A stretch of 64,000 nucleotides of DNA from an uncultured delta proteobacterium. Its GTDB lineage: Bacteria > Desulfobacterota > Syntrophia > Syntrophales > UBA5619. Position 1 is the stretch's first letter. Every line of letters begins with the position of its first letter. The notes under the pieces were generated by a model, which saw nothing but the letters and a program-made list of their open reading frames with translations, ran no database searches and was not told the DNA's origin. This document shows positions 36,919-47,777 of the stretch, one piece after another. Both the position numbers and the translations under genes were made by a program. The stretch lies in contig CAWFOM010000007.1 in NCBI GenBank assembly GCA_963817385.1, positions 49,840 to 113,839 of the forward strand, given 5' to 3'.

Positions 36919-37287
36919 GAGCAGATCAGATGATCGCCGGTCCGGGATTCCGGATCGGAGGAAAGTCCGAACTCCACAGGGCAGGATGGTCGCTAACGGC
37001 GACTGGGGGCGACCCTAAGGAAAGTGCCACAGAAAATATACCGCCTCTTCCGCGAGGAAGGGGTAAGGGTGAAAAGGCGAGGTAAGAGCTCACCAGTTTC
37101 CCGGGTGACCGGGAAAGCTTGGTAAACCCCATCCGGAGCAAGACCAAATAGGAGAACGGGGCGGCCCGCCCCAAAGTTCTCGGGTTGTGTCGCTTGAGGC
37201 GGCCGGCAACGGCCGTCCCAGAGGAATGATCATCGCCGCTCTCCGGGTGACCGGGAGGCGGAACAGAATTCGGCTTACGATCTGCTC
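36919..37287 (+). ncRNA. rnpB: RNase P RNA (type A)
   Basis: GAGGAAAGTCC, AGTGCCACAGAAAA, GGTAAACCCC, ACAGAATTCGGCTTA; P1 stem GAGCAGATC/GATCTGCTC. Confidence 0.97.
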
Positions 37288-37293
37288 GAACAC

Positions 37294-37333
37294 CCTTATG
37301 ACAGCGCCCGCGAAAGCGGGCGCTGTCATAAGG
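37294..37333. terminator. Perfect 18-bp hairpin after rnpB
   Basis: CCTTATGACAGCGCCCGC-GAAA-GCGGGCGCTGTCATAAGG. Confidence 0.7.
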
Positions 37334-37374
37334 AAAATAGGAGAAAAATAGGGACAGAAACCTATTTTCCGAAA

Positions 37375-37468
37375 GTCGTCACCCCGGCGAAAGCCGGGGT
37401 CCAGAGCTTTCCTGGTTCCCGGCTTTCGCCGGGACGACGTCCGGATGCCGGCTTTCGCCGGTACGACG
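37375..37468. repeat. REP-like palindromic repeat cluster
   Basis: GTCACCCCGGCGAAAGCCGGGGTCCAG and inverted CTGG..CCGGCTTTCGCCGG.ACGAC units. Confidence 0.75.
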
Positions 37469-37520
37469 TTCGCGGTTGACTTAGATCAGGGATGATCCGT
37501 CTTTTTCCGGGGAACTGCAT

Positions 37521-38126
37521 ATGAAAGTGTTGTCCGCAGAATTTGTCCTCTCCGCCACGAAACCCGCCCACTATCCGCCGGCGGTCCTGCCGGAGGTCGC
37601 CTTTGCCGGGCGATCGAATGTGGGAAAATCCTCTCTCATCAACACCCTCGTGAAGCGGAAGGGACTGGCCCGGACCAGCAACACGCCGGGACGGACACAG
37701 GAGATCAACTTCTTCACCGTCAACAACCGATTCGCCTTCATCGATCTTCCCGGATACGGATATGCAAAGGTTCCCGAGAAGATCAGGAACAACTGGGGAC
37801 CGATGATCGAGACCTATCTGAGCGAGCGAGAGACCCTGCGGCTGGTCGTCCTGATCCTGGACATCCGGCGGGACCCGTCGCCGGAAGACCGCCAGCTGAT
37901 CGGCTGGCTGCAGTTTTACCGACTCCCGGTTCTCATCGTCCTGACGAAGATCGACAAGGTTTCGCGCAATCAGCTTGCGGAGCGCAAGCGGCTGATCGGT
38001 GAGGATCTGGGTCTTTCGTCGACAACGCAGTCGGTTCCTTTCTCCGCGAAAACGGGCGAGGGAAAGGATCTCCTCTGGCGGGAAATCAGAAAAGCGACGG
38101 CGATTGATCCCGGAGAACTTCAATAG
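37521..38126 (+). CDS. engB: Ribosome biogenesis GTPase EngB/YihA
   Basis: GRSNVGKSS, TPGRT, DLPGYGY, TKID. Confidence 0.96.
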   Translation: MKVLSAEFVLSATKPAHYPPAVLPEVAFAGRSNVGKSSLINTLVKRKGLARTSNTPGRTQEINFFTVNNRFAFIDLPGYGYAKVPEKIRNNWGPMIETYLSERETLRLVVLILDIRRDPSPEDRQLIGWLQFYRLPVLIVLTKIDKVSRNQLAERKRLIGEDLGLSSTTQSVPFSAKTGEGKDLLWREIRKATAIDPGELQ

Positions 38127-38254
38127 GAGAGCTTCAATAGCCCTTGACTCAAAAACCGATTTATGGTATCCGCACTTGCCTGCACAGTGAACTCACGGCG
38201 GGTAACATCGTCTCTAACTTCCATCAACAGAATCCGAAAAAGGAGTGAAAACGG

Positions 38255-41200
38255 GTGCTGAAAGATAACGATAAAGTCGGTGCGGTCATGGTGGTGGGGT
38301 CGGGCATTGCAGGCATCCAGGCCTCGCTCGATCTTGCCAATTCCGGGATGAAGGTCTTCCTCGTGGAGCGGGGGATCAGCATCGGCGGCGTCATGGCCCA
38401 GTTGGACAAGACCTTTCCCACGAACGATTGTTCGGCCTGCATCCTCTCTCCGAAACTCGTCGAGGTAGGCCGGCACCCCAATGTGCAGATCATGACGGGG
38501 CGGACCGTGGAGGCCGTGGAGGGCGAGGCGGGCCGCTTCCGGGTCCGGATGACAAAAGCCCCCCGGTACATCGATCTGGCCAAGTGCACCGGATGCGGGG
38601 ACTGCGCCAACGTCTGCCCCGTCTCCGTCCCCTCCGACTTCAACGAAGGGCTCAATACCCGCAAGGCCGTCTACCGCCACTTTCCCCAGGCCATTCCCTC
38701 CGGTTTCGCGATCGACAAGCTGGGGACCTCCCCCTGCAAGGCGGCCTGTCCCACCCACATCAGCGTCCAGGGGTACGTGGCCCTGATCGCGGCGGGAAAA
38801 TTCAAGGAAGCCCTGAAGCTCATCAAGAAGGACAACCCCTTTCCCATCGTCTGCGGCCGGGTCTGCAACCACCCCTGCGAGGCGGCCTGCAAGCGGGGAG
38901 AGGTGGATGAACCGATCGACATCATGCACCTGAAGCAGTTCGTGGCCGACCTCGATCTCCGCGAAGAAACGCGGTTCGTCCCCGCGGTCAAGGAGAAGAA
39001 GGGAAAGAAGGTCGCCGTCGTCGGCGCCGGTCCCGCGGGGCTCACCGCGGCGTACTATCTGGCGATCGAAGGCTACGACGTCGACGTCTTCGAGGCGCTG
39101 CCCGTGGCGGGCGGCTGGCTCGCCGTGGGGATCCCCGAATACCGCCTCCCGAAGGATGTCCTCAAGGCGGAGATCGAGGTGATCGAGGAGCTGGGGGTGA
39201 AGATCCACCTCAACACCGCGATCGGCAAGGACATCCCCTTCGAGAAGCTCCGGAAGGACTACGACGCCGTCTTCATCGGCTGCGGCACCATGAAGAGCAG
39301 CAAGCTCAACATCCCCGGCGAGGAGATGGAAGGCGTCGTCCACGGGGTCGATTACCTGAAACGGATCAACCTGGGCGAGAAGGTCTCCCTGGGAGACCGG
39401 GTCGCCGTCATCGGCGGCGGGAACGTCGCCATGGACGCGGTCCGGACGGCCGTCCGGACCGGTTCGAAGAACGTCTTCATCCTCTACCGCCGGACCCGCG
39501 CGGAGATGCCCGCCGCGCCCGAGGAGATCGAGGAGGCCATCGAGGAAGGGATCGAGATGAAGTTCCTCGTCGCCCCCAAGCGGGTCGTCGGGAAGGACGG
39601 CAAGGTGACGGGGATCGAGTGCACCCGGATGGAGCTGGGCGAGCCCGACGCCAGCGGCCGCCGGCGCCCCGTGGAGATCAAGGGGTCCGAATTCACGATC
39701 GACTGCGACGCCATCGTCCCGGCCATCGGCCAGGAGGCCGACCTTTCCTTCATCCCGAAGGAGAGCGGCGTCTCCATCAACAAGTGGAACAACATCGACT
39801 CCGACGCAGTCACCTACCAGACGACCATCCCGGGGATCTTCTCCGGCGGCGACGTCGTCACCGGACCCCAGACCGTCGTCAAGGCGGTCTTTGCCGGGAA
39901 GGAGGCGGCCGTCTCCATCGATCGCTTCCTGAAGGGCGAGGAGGTCGCGGCGGGCAGGGCGAAGGACTGGAAGAAGGATCTCGCCGACAAGGCCGATGTC
40001 TCGAAGGTGGCCAAGGCGCCCCGGGTCAGCTATCCGCTCCTCGAACCCGAAGAGCGGAAGGGCGGTTTCCGGGAAGTGGGACTCGGCTTGACCGAGGAGG
40101 AGGCCGTGCGGGAGGCGAACCGCTGCCTCGCCTGCGGCATCTGCTCCGAGTGCTACCAGTGCGTCGACGCCTGCATCGCGGGGGCGATCGACCATGAGAT
40201 GACCGTTGCCGAGGAGGAGATCGAGGTCGGCTCCATCATCGCGGCGCCCGGCTTCGAGGTGTTCGATCCCCGCCTCCGGGGCGAATACGGCTACGGCCTC
40301 TACCAGAACGTCGTGACCAGCATCCAGTTCGAGCGGATCCTCTCCGCCTCGGGACCCTATTTCGGCCATGTCCAGCGGATCTCCGACGGCAAGGAGCCGA
40401 AGAAGGTCGCCTTCATCCAGTGCGTGGGGTCCCGCGACACCTCCTGCGGGAACAGTTGGTGCTCGTCGGTCTGCTGCATGTACGCGACGAAGGAGGCGAT
40501 CATCGGCAAGGAGCACGCCAAGGGGATGGAGCCGACGATCTTCTTCATGGACATCCGCGCCCACGGCAAGGACTTCGACCGCTTCGTCAACCGGGCCAAG
40601 GGGGAGTACGGCATCCGCTACATCCGCTCCATGCCCTCGACGATCAAGGAGCTCCAGCAGACGAAGAATCTCATCATCACGTACGTCCGGGAGGACGGAA
40701 CGCCTCGCCGAGGAGGAGTTCGACATGGTCGTCCTCTCCGTCGGTCTCGACGCCGCCGAAGGAAGCGGCCAAGCTCGCGACGAACCTCGGCATCGATCTC
40801 GAGGAGCACGGCTTCTGCAAGACGCTCCGGGAAAATCCGGTCCAGACCTCCCGGGAAGGGGTCTTCGTCTGCGGCGCCTTCGCCGGCCCCAAGGACATCC
40901 CCGAGACGGTCATGGAGGCGAGCGGGCGCCGCCGCCTGCGCGGAGGGGCTCCTGGCAGCGCGCCGGGGCACGCTGACCACGGCGGAGGAGCTCCCGATGG
41001 AGAGCGACCTCCGGGGGATCGGCCCCCGGACGGGGGTCTTCGTCTGCCACTGCGGGATCAATATCGGCGGGGTGGTCGACGTCCCCGCCGTCGTGGAGTA
41101 CGCCAAGACCCTGCCCAACGTGGTCTATGCCACGGACAACCTCTTCACCTGCTCCCAGGATACGGCCGTCAAGATGGGGGAGGTGATCCGGGAGCAGCGG

Positions 41201-42687
41201 CTCTCGCGGGTCGTCGTCGCCTCCTGCTCGCCCCGGACCCATGAGGGGCTCTTCCAGGAGAACTGCGAGAAGGCGGGCCTGAACCGCTACCTCTTCGAGA
41301 TGGCCAACATCCGGGACCAGAATTCCTGGGTCCATATGCACGAGCCTGAGAAGGCAACTGAGAAGGCGAAGGACCTCGTCCGCATGGCGATCGCCAAGGC
41401 GGAGTTCCTCAAGCCCCTGAAACCCGGCCAGCTCAGCGTCAACCACGCGGTCCTCATCATCGGCGGCGGGCTCGCCGGCATCACCGCGGCCCTGTCGCTG
41501 GCGGACCAGGGCTTCGCGTCCATCATCGTCGAGAAGGAGGCCGAGCTCGGGGGCAACTACCGGAAGCTCTCCTACACCCTGGAGGGGCTCGACACGAAAC
41601 AGCACCTGGCGGAGCTCCTCGAACGGGTCGCGAAGAACCCCCTCATCCGCGTCTTCACCGGGGCGGAGATCAAGAAGATCGAGGGCTTCATCGGCAATTA
41701 CAAGACGACGGTCGCCGCCAAGGGAAGCGAGGAGACTCTCGAGCACGGCGTCGTGATCGTCGCGACCGGGGCCTACGAGCTCGAAACCGACCGAGTACCT
41801 CCTGGGCGCCTCCGAGAAGGTGATGACCCAGCGGGAGCTGGAGAAGCCGGATCGCCGGGAAGGACGCCGGGACCCTGGCGGCAAAGAGCGTCGTCATGAT
41901 CCAGTGCGTCGGCTCCCGGACCGCCGAGCAGCCCTGGTGCAGCCGCTACTGCTGCTCCGAGGCGATCAAGAACGCCCTGAAGCTGAAGGAGGCCGATCCG
42001 ACCCGGGAAGTCACCGTGATCTACCGCGACATCCGGACCTTCGGCCTGAAGGAGGACTACTACAAAAAGGCCCGCGAGGCCGATGTCCGCTTCGTCCGGT
42101 ACGACGAGGAGCGGAAGCCCGAGGTGAAGGCCGCGGGAGACAAGATCGCCGTTTCGGTCTTCGACCCGATCCTGAACGAGACCGTCGAGATCAAGGCGGA
42201 CCTCCTGGCCCTCAGCGTGGGGACCGTCCCCAACCCGGTGAACGCCGAGATCGGCAAGATGCTCAAGGTGCCGACCAACCAGGACGGCTTCTTCCTCGAG
42301 GCGCACGTGAAGCTTCGCCCCGTCGATTTCGCCACCGACGGCGTCTTCATGTGCGGCATGGCGCACGCCCCGAAGTTCAGCGACGAGTCGATCACCCAGG
42401 CGAACGCGGCGGTTTCCCGGGCCTGCACGATCCTGACGAAGGACTTCATCGAGGCGGAAGGGAAGACGGCGTACGTCAACAAGGAACGCTGCATGGCCTG
42501 CGGCCTCTGCGAGGCGAACTGCCCCTTCAGCGCGATCGCCGTGGACGAGAAGGAAGGGGCGGCCGTCGTCAATACCGTCCTGTGCAAGGGGTGCGGGGTC
42601 TGCACGGCCTCCTGCCGGATGAACGCCGCGGACCTCAACGGCTTCAACAACGAAGAGGTATTGGCGCAGATCGGATCATTCATTTAA
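38255..42687 (+). CDS. hdrA: Large HdrA-like flavoprotein (HdrL type) with inserted GltD-like NAD(P)H oxidoreductase module; several frameshifts
   Basis: GGVMAQLDKTFPTNDC, ferredoxin motifs, CGRVCNHPCE, GAGPAG, GIPEYRLP, GGGNVAMD, QCVGSR..CSxxCC twice, VFVCHCG, ANIRDQ; indels near 40700-40925 and 41790-41850. Confidence 0.9.
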
Positions 42688-42718
42688 GTCAGGGACAGGC
42701 TGATTGCTGGGGGAGCAT

Positions 42719-44224
42719 ATGGAGAAGTCTATGACGGAAGAGCAGTCGGCAAAGGAGTGGGAACCGAAGATCGTCGCCATCGTCTGCAACTGGTGCACCT
42801 ACGCCGGGGCGGATCTCGCCGGCATCAGCCGGATCCAGTATCCGCCGAACGTGAGGATCATCCGGGTCCCCTGCACGGGCCGGATCAATCCCTTCTACGT
42901 TTTGAAGGCCCTGCAGGAGGGGGCGGACGGGGTGCTGGTCTCCGGGTGCCACCCGGGCGAGTGCCACTACATCACCGGAAACCTGTCGGCCCGCCGGAAG
43001 TTCGCCGCCCTGAAGAGTTTCCTGAGCTACGTCGGGGTGGAAGGGGACCGGACGCTCTTTACCTGGGTCTCCGCTTCCGAGGGGGACCGGTTCGCCCAGG
43101 TGATCCGGGGGGTGACCGACGCCGTGCGCGCCCTCGGGCCGGCCAAGAAACTCGTCAAGAAATTGCAAGTGAACCCAAACAGCATGAGCGGGGGATCAGC
43201 GACTGTGGAAAACGGAGAGAAAAAGCTCAGGGAAGAGGCGAAGCGCCTCCTGGCCGAAAAGAAGGTGGATGTGGTCGTGGGGTACGAGGCGGGAACGCTG
43301 CCGCTGACGGCAACCCCCTGCTTCATCACGACGCCGGAGGAGGCGGACCGGCTGGTCTGGAATGCCCTCTGCGTGCAGAACCTGGCCAAGTTCGTCCACG
43401 ACCTCCTGAGCCAGCACCATGAGGCGCAGAAACGGGTCAAGCCGGAGGCCAAACGGAAAAAGACGGTCGGCGTCGTCGCCCGGGGCTGCACGACCCGGTC
43501 GCTGATGATCCACCTGCAGGAGAAGCAGTACGCCCGGGACGAGGTCGTCATCCTCGGCGTCCCCTGCGGCGGGTACGTGGACGCGCGGAAGCTCGCCGCC
43601 CTCGCCGGCGGCGAGGAGATCCGGGAAGGGTCTCTGGACGACGGGAAGGTCGCGGTGAAGACCGTCAAGGGGGAGAAGCAGGCGCCCCTCGCGGAGCTCC
43701 TGGCCGACAACTGCCTCACCTGCCGTTTCAACGAGCCGGTCATGGCGGATATCGCGATAGGGAAGGGGGCGCCGATCGCGGGCGCCGAGAAGGAGTACGA
43801 ACCGGTGACCGCCTTCGAGAACCTCCCGCCGGAGGAGCGGTGGGCCTATTTCGAGAAGGAGATGGCCAAGTGCATCCGCTGCACGGCCTGCCGGAACGTC
43901 TGCCCCTCCTGCTACTGCCGGATCTGCTTCGCCGACCAGTCCCAGCCCCGCTGGGTCGACATCGGGGAAGATGCATCCGACACCCAGCTCTTCCAGCTCA
44001 TGCGGATGTACCACATGGTGGGGCGGTGCGTCGACTGCGGCTCCTGCACGGCGGTCTGCCCCATGGGGGTGGACCTGAGGAAGTTCCTGAAGAAGCTGGA
44101 CAAGGACGCCTTTTCGATGTTCGGCCACCGGGCCGGGGTTGCCCTGGAGGAGCCGGCGCCGCTCGGCACCTACAAGGAAACCGACAAAGAGGATTTCATC
44201 TTCGAGCCGAAACACGGGGCATAG
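42719..44224 (+). CDS. MvhD/FlxD [2Fe-2S] subunit in frame with a FlxC-like 4Fe-4S dicluster protein
   Basis: CNWCTYAGAD, PCTGR, GCHPGECHY; then CIRCTACRNVCPSCYC and GRCVDCGSCTAVCP. Confidence 0.85.
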   Translation: MEKSMTEEQSAKEWEPKIVAIVCNWCTYAGADLAGISRIQYPPNVRIIRVPCTGRINPFYVLKALQEGADGVLVSGCHPGECHYITGNLSARRKFAALKSFLSYVGVEGDRTLFTWVSASEGDRFAQVIRGVTDAVRALGPAKKLVKKLQVNPNSMSGGSATVENGEKKLREEAKRLLAEKKVDVVVGYEAGTLPLTATPCFITTPEEADRLVWNALCVQNLAKFVHDLLSQHHEAQKRVKPEAKRKKTVGVVARGCTTRSLMIHLQEKQYARDEVVILGVPCGGYVDARKLAALAGGEEIREGSLDDGKVAVKTVKGEKQAPLAELLADNCLTCRFNEPVMADIAIGKGAPIAGAEKEYEPVTAFENLPPEERWAYFEKEMAKCIRCTACRNVCPSCYCRICFADQSQPRWVDIGEDASDTQLFQLMRMYHMVGRCVDCGSCTAVCPMGVDLRKFLKKLDKDAFSMFGHRAGVALEEPAPLGTYKETDKEDFIFEPKHGA

Positions 44225-44233
44225 CCGCATATG

Positions 44234-44291
44234 TGTCATTCCGCGAAGCGGGATCAGAGATAAAGACTGGATTCCTGTCGCCGGAATGACA
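44234..44291. repeat. Degenerate REP-like inverted pair
   Basis: TGTCATTCCGCGAAGCGGGATC...CTGGATTCC...CCGGAATGACA. Confidence 0.6.
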
Positions 44292-44318
44292 AATGGACAA
44301 GCTTTAATCGGAGTCGCC

Positions 44319-44864
44319 ATGAAGAGTTTTCTGGAGGAAGTGAACGAGAAGGTAAACGGGGTTCCCATCCAGCGCTGTTACCACTGCCGGAAGTGCACGG
44401 CCGGCTGCCCCATGACCTCGGCCATGGAGCACAACCCCAACCGGGTCATCAGGATGATCCAGATGGGGAGGCGCGAAGAGGTCCTCAAGAGCGCCACGAT
44501 CTGGCTCTGCGTCTCCTGCGAGACCTGCATCACCCGCTGCCCGAACGAGGTCGATATCGCCCGGATGATGGATGTCCTCCGGCAGATGGCGATCGAGACG
44601 GGGGTGGGGGCGAAGGAGAAGAACATCCTCCGGTTCCACGAGGCCTTCCTCGCCAACATCCGCAGGGGCGGCCGGATCAACGAGCCGATGATGATGGTGG
44701 ATTACAAACTCAAATCCGGGGATCTCTTCTCCGACATGGGCATGGGGATCGACATGTTCCTGAAGGGGAAGCTCTCGCTGATCTCCCCCCGGACGAAAGA
44801 TATGGACGAGCGTGCGGCGGATCTTCGAAAAGACCCGGCAATCGTGACGCCGGAAAGGTTCTGA
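44319..44864 (+). CDS. hdrC: Heterodisulfide reductase subunit C-like (3' end may be frameshifted)
   Basis: CYHCRKCTAGCP, IWLCVSCETCITRCP. Confidence 0.88.
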   Translation: MKSFLEEVNEKVNGVPIQRCYHCRKCTAGCPMTSAMEHNPNRVIRMIQMGRREEVLKSATIWLCVSCETCITRCPNEVDIARMMDVLRQMAIETGVGAKEKNILRFHEAFLANIRRGGRINEPMMMVDYKLKSGDLFSDMGMGIDMFLKGKLSLISPRTKDMDERAADLRKDPAIVTPERF

Positions 44865-44876
44865 AGGAGGAAAGCG

Positions 44877-45725
44877 TTGAAAGTTTCTTACTATCCGGGA
44901 TGCTCGCTGCACGGCACGGCCAAGGAGTACGACCAGTCGGTCAGGGCCGTCAGCCGGAACCTGGGGATAGATCTCGAGGAGATCGAAGACTGGTCCTGCT
45001 GCGGCGCCAGCTCCGCGCACGCCACGAATTTCAAGCTCTCGATCGCGCTCCCGGCCCGGGACCTGATCGCCGCGGAGAAGAAGACGCAGGACGTGATGGT
45101 CCCCTGCGCCGCCTGCTTCAGCCGCTTCAAGACGGCGGAGCACCACCTCCGCCATGACCCGGCGCTGAAGGCGGAGGTCGAGGGGATCGTCGGCGGCAAG
45201 TACCAGGGGAGCGTGGCCGTCCGGAATCCGATCGACATCATCGTCAAGGACATCGGCCTGGAGGCCCTCAAGGAGAAGGTCGTAAAGAAGCTCACGGGGC
45301 TGAAGCCGGTCTCCTACTACGGCTGCCTGCTCCTGCGGCCGCCCGATGTCTGCCAGTTCGACGATGCGGAAAACCCGGTCCTCCTCGACAAGATCCTGAC
45401 CGAGCTCGGGGCGGAGGCCCGTCCCTGGTCCTTCAAGACGGACTGCTGCGGGGGGAGCCTGACGATCTCGAAGACGCCGATCGTGACGAAGATGGTCGAC
45501 AAGCTGATGACGATGGCGCGCGAGGCGGGGGCGAACTGCCTGGTGACGGCCTGCCCGGTCTGCACGGCCAATCTGGACATGCGCGCCTCGGAGGGCAAGG
45601 GGATGCCCGTCTTCTACTTCACGGAACTGGCGGCCCTGGCGATGGGTCAGGAGGGGCCGGAAGAGTGGTTCCGGCTGCACAACACGGATCCACGGCCGCT
45701 CCTCAAGGGGCTGGGGCTCCTGTAG
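44877..45725 (+). CDS. hdrB: Heterodisulfide reductase subunit B-like (CCG domains)
   Basis: YYPGCS, WSCCG, PCAAC, YYGCLL, DCCGG, TACPVC. Confidence 0.9.
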   Translation: MKVSYYPGCSLHGTAKEYDQSVRAVSRNLGIDLEEIEDWSCCGASSAHATNFKLSIALPARDLIAAEKKTQDVMVPCAACFSRFKTAEHHLRHDPALKAEVEGIVGGKYQGSVAVRNPIDIIVKDIGLEALKEKVVKKLTGLKPVSYYGCLLLRPPDVCQFDDAENPVLLDKILTELGAEARPWSFKTDCCGGSLTISKTPIVTKMVDKLMTMAREAGANCLVTACPVCTANLDMRASEGKGMPVFYFTELAALAMGQEGPEEWFRLHNTDPRPLLKGLGLL

Positions 45726-45737
45726 CCCATATAAGCC

Positions 45738-45844
45738 GTCACCCCCGCGCAGGTCGGGGAGCAGCAGTATATGTCGTCACCCGGCGAAAGCCGGGGTCCA
45801 GAAGGTCCTGAAAGGACTGGATACCGGCTTTCGCCGGTATGACA
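45738..45844. repeat. REP-like palindromic repeat cluster
   Basis: GTCACCCGGCGAAAGCCGGGGTCCAG...CTGGATACCGGCTTTCGCCGGTATGAC. Confidence 0.75.
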
Positions 45845-45868
45845 AAGTGTAAACCGAAAAGGAACAGT

Positions 45869-46891
45869 ATGGAAAAAAGGCTCATCAAGAAGGAGACGCT
45901 GGCCGGCATCATCGGGAAACTGGCGGGAACGATGCGGGTCTACGCCCCGATGCAGGCGGAGGATCAGGTCCTCTTCCGGATCCTGGAGGCGGGCGAGAAA
46001 CCCCTGATCGATTTTGCGAATACGCGAAATGCGCCGAAAAATTTCCTCTTTCCCCGGACCGAGACGCTCCTGAAATTCACCCGGACCGGGAAGGGGATGG
46101 TCGCCGCCGGGGGGCCGGAGGAGGCGGAAAAGACCCTCCTGTTCGGCGTCCGCCCCTGCGACGCGCGGAGCTTCACCCTCCTGGACATGCTCTTCGACCA
46201 GGAGAAGTACAAGGACCCCTACTACATCGACAAGCGGGCGAAGACGACCGTCGTGGCCATCGCCTGCGTCCATCCCCCCTATACGACCTGCTTCTGCACC
46301 TCCGTCGGGGGGAACCCGGTCGATTCCGCCGGGGTGGATCTCCTCCTGACCGACCTGGGGGAGGAGTACCTGGCCGAATTCATCACGCCGAAGGGGGAGG
46401 AGCTTCTCGCGGCCTTCGGGGGATCGCCCGCCGGCGCAGAGGCCGAAAAGGCGAAAGAGGGGATCGCGGCCAAGGCCGCCGGAGAGATCGCCTCCCGCAT
46501 CCCGGCCAAAGAGATCAAGCCGATCCTGGATACCCACTTCGAGGATCCGTTCTGGAACACGCTCCATCAGAAGTGCCTCGCCTGCGGCACCTGCACCTAC
46601 CTCTGCCCCACCTGCCACTGCTTCGACATCAGCGACGAGGTGAAGCGGAACGACGGCATCCGCATCCGGAACTGGGACTCCTGCATGTTCCCCCTGTTCA
46701 CGAAGGAGACCTCGGGCCACAATCCGCGTCCCTCCCAGAAGGAGCGCTGGCGCCAGCGGGTCATGCACAAGTTCCGCTATTACCCGGACAATTTCAACGC
46801 GATCGCCTGTGTCGGCTGCGGGAGATGCGTGATGGCCTGCCCCGTGAACCTCGACATCCGGAAGGTCGTCACGGACATCGCAAAATTATAG
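45869..46891 (+). CDS. flxB: FlxB-like 4Fe-4S dicluster protein (AsrA-like)
   Basis: GVRPCD, CFC, CLACGTCTYLCPTCHCF, WDSC, CVGCGRCVMACP. Confidence 0.85.
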   Translation: MEKRLIKKETLAGIIGKLAGTMRVYAPMQAEDQVLFRILEAGEKPLIDFANTRNAPKNFLFPRTETLLKFTRTGKGMVAAGGPEEAEKTLLFGVRPCDARSFTLLDMLFDQEKYKDPYYIDKRAKTTVVAIACVHPPYTTCFCTSVGGNPVDSAGVDLLLTDLGEEYLAEFITPKGEELLAAFGGSPAGAEAEKAKEGIAAKAAGEIASRIPAKEIKPILDTHFEDPFWNTLHQKCLACGTCTYLCPTCHCFDISDEVKRNDGIRIRNWDSCMFPLFTKETSGHNPRPSQKERWRQRVMHKFRYYPDNFNAIACVGCGRCVMACPVNLDIRKVVTDIAKL

Positions 46892-46907
46892 AACGTCGGA
46901 GAGCATC

Positions 46908-47747
46908 ATGCAGAATCCATACATACCCGCCCCTGTCGAAGTGGTCAAGATCGTAACGGAAGTAGATACGAAGGACATCAAGACCTTTCGATTCGCCTTT
47001 CAGAAGAAGGAGGACGAGGCCGCCTTCCAGTACCTGCCCGGGCAGTTTGCGGAACTCTCGATCTTCGGGAAGGGGGAATCGCCCATCGGCATCGCCTCCT
47101 CGCCGACGCAGCCCGGTTATCTGGAATTCACCGTCCAGAAGGCGGGGGTGGTGACGTCGGCCCTCCACGAGATGGAGGTCGGGACCGTGATGGGGATCCG
47201 GGGGCCCTTGGGGAATTCCTGGCCGATCGACTATCTGGCCGGGAAGAATATCGTGATCGTCGGCGGCGGGTTCGCCTTCACGACGCTCCGGTCGCTCATC
47301 AACTACATGATCGACGAGCGGAACCGCTCCCGCTTCGGCAAGATCACCGTGATCTACGGGGCGAGGAACCCGGGGCTTCTGATCTACAAGGACGAGCTCG
47401 ACGCCTGGGCGAAGCGCGACGACATCAACCTCAACGTGACGGTGGACAAGGGCGATGCGGGCTGGAAGGGCAGGGAGGGTTTCGTCCCGACGGTCTGCAA
47501 GGAGGTCGCCCCGAGCTCCGAAAACGCGGTGACGGTGATCTGCGGCCCCCCGGTCATGATCCGCTTTACGCTCCCCGTCTTCTTCGAACTCGGCTTTTCG
47601 AAGGAGAACATCATCACCTCGCTGGAGATGCGGATGAAGTGCGGGATCGGGAAGTGCGGCCGCTGCAACGTGGGAGAGAAATACGTCTGCAAGGACGGCC
47701 CGGTTTTCTCGCTGGCCGAGCTGGACAAACTGACCAAGGAATACTGA
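46908..47747 (+). CDS. flxA: FlxA-like FAD/NAD-binding [2Fe-2S] oxidoreductase
   Basis: PGQF, RGPLGN, CGPPVM, MKCGIGKCGRC, CKDGPVF. Confidence 0.88.
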   Translation: MQNPYIPAPVEVVKIVTEVDTKDIKTFRFAFQKKEDEAAFQYLPGQFAELSIFGKGESPIGIASSPTQPGYLEFTVQKAGVVTSALHEMEVGTVMGIRGPLGNSWPIDYLAGKNIVIVGGGFAFTTLRSLINYMIDERNRSRFGKITVIYGARNPGLLIYKDELDAWAKRDDINLNVTVDKGDAGWKGREGFVPTVCKEVAPSSENAVTVICGPPVMIRFTLPVFFELGFSKENIITSLEMRMKCGIGKCGRCNVGEKYVCKDGPVFSLAELDKLTKEY

Positions 47748-47777
47748 TCATCTCCCCATCGGGGAAGATCAGCAATT

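Noticed and set aside
37375..37468. CRISPR array
   Set aside because: Units are inverted and irregular with no unique equal-length spacers, and there are no cas genes; REP-like instead.
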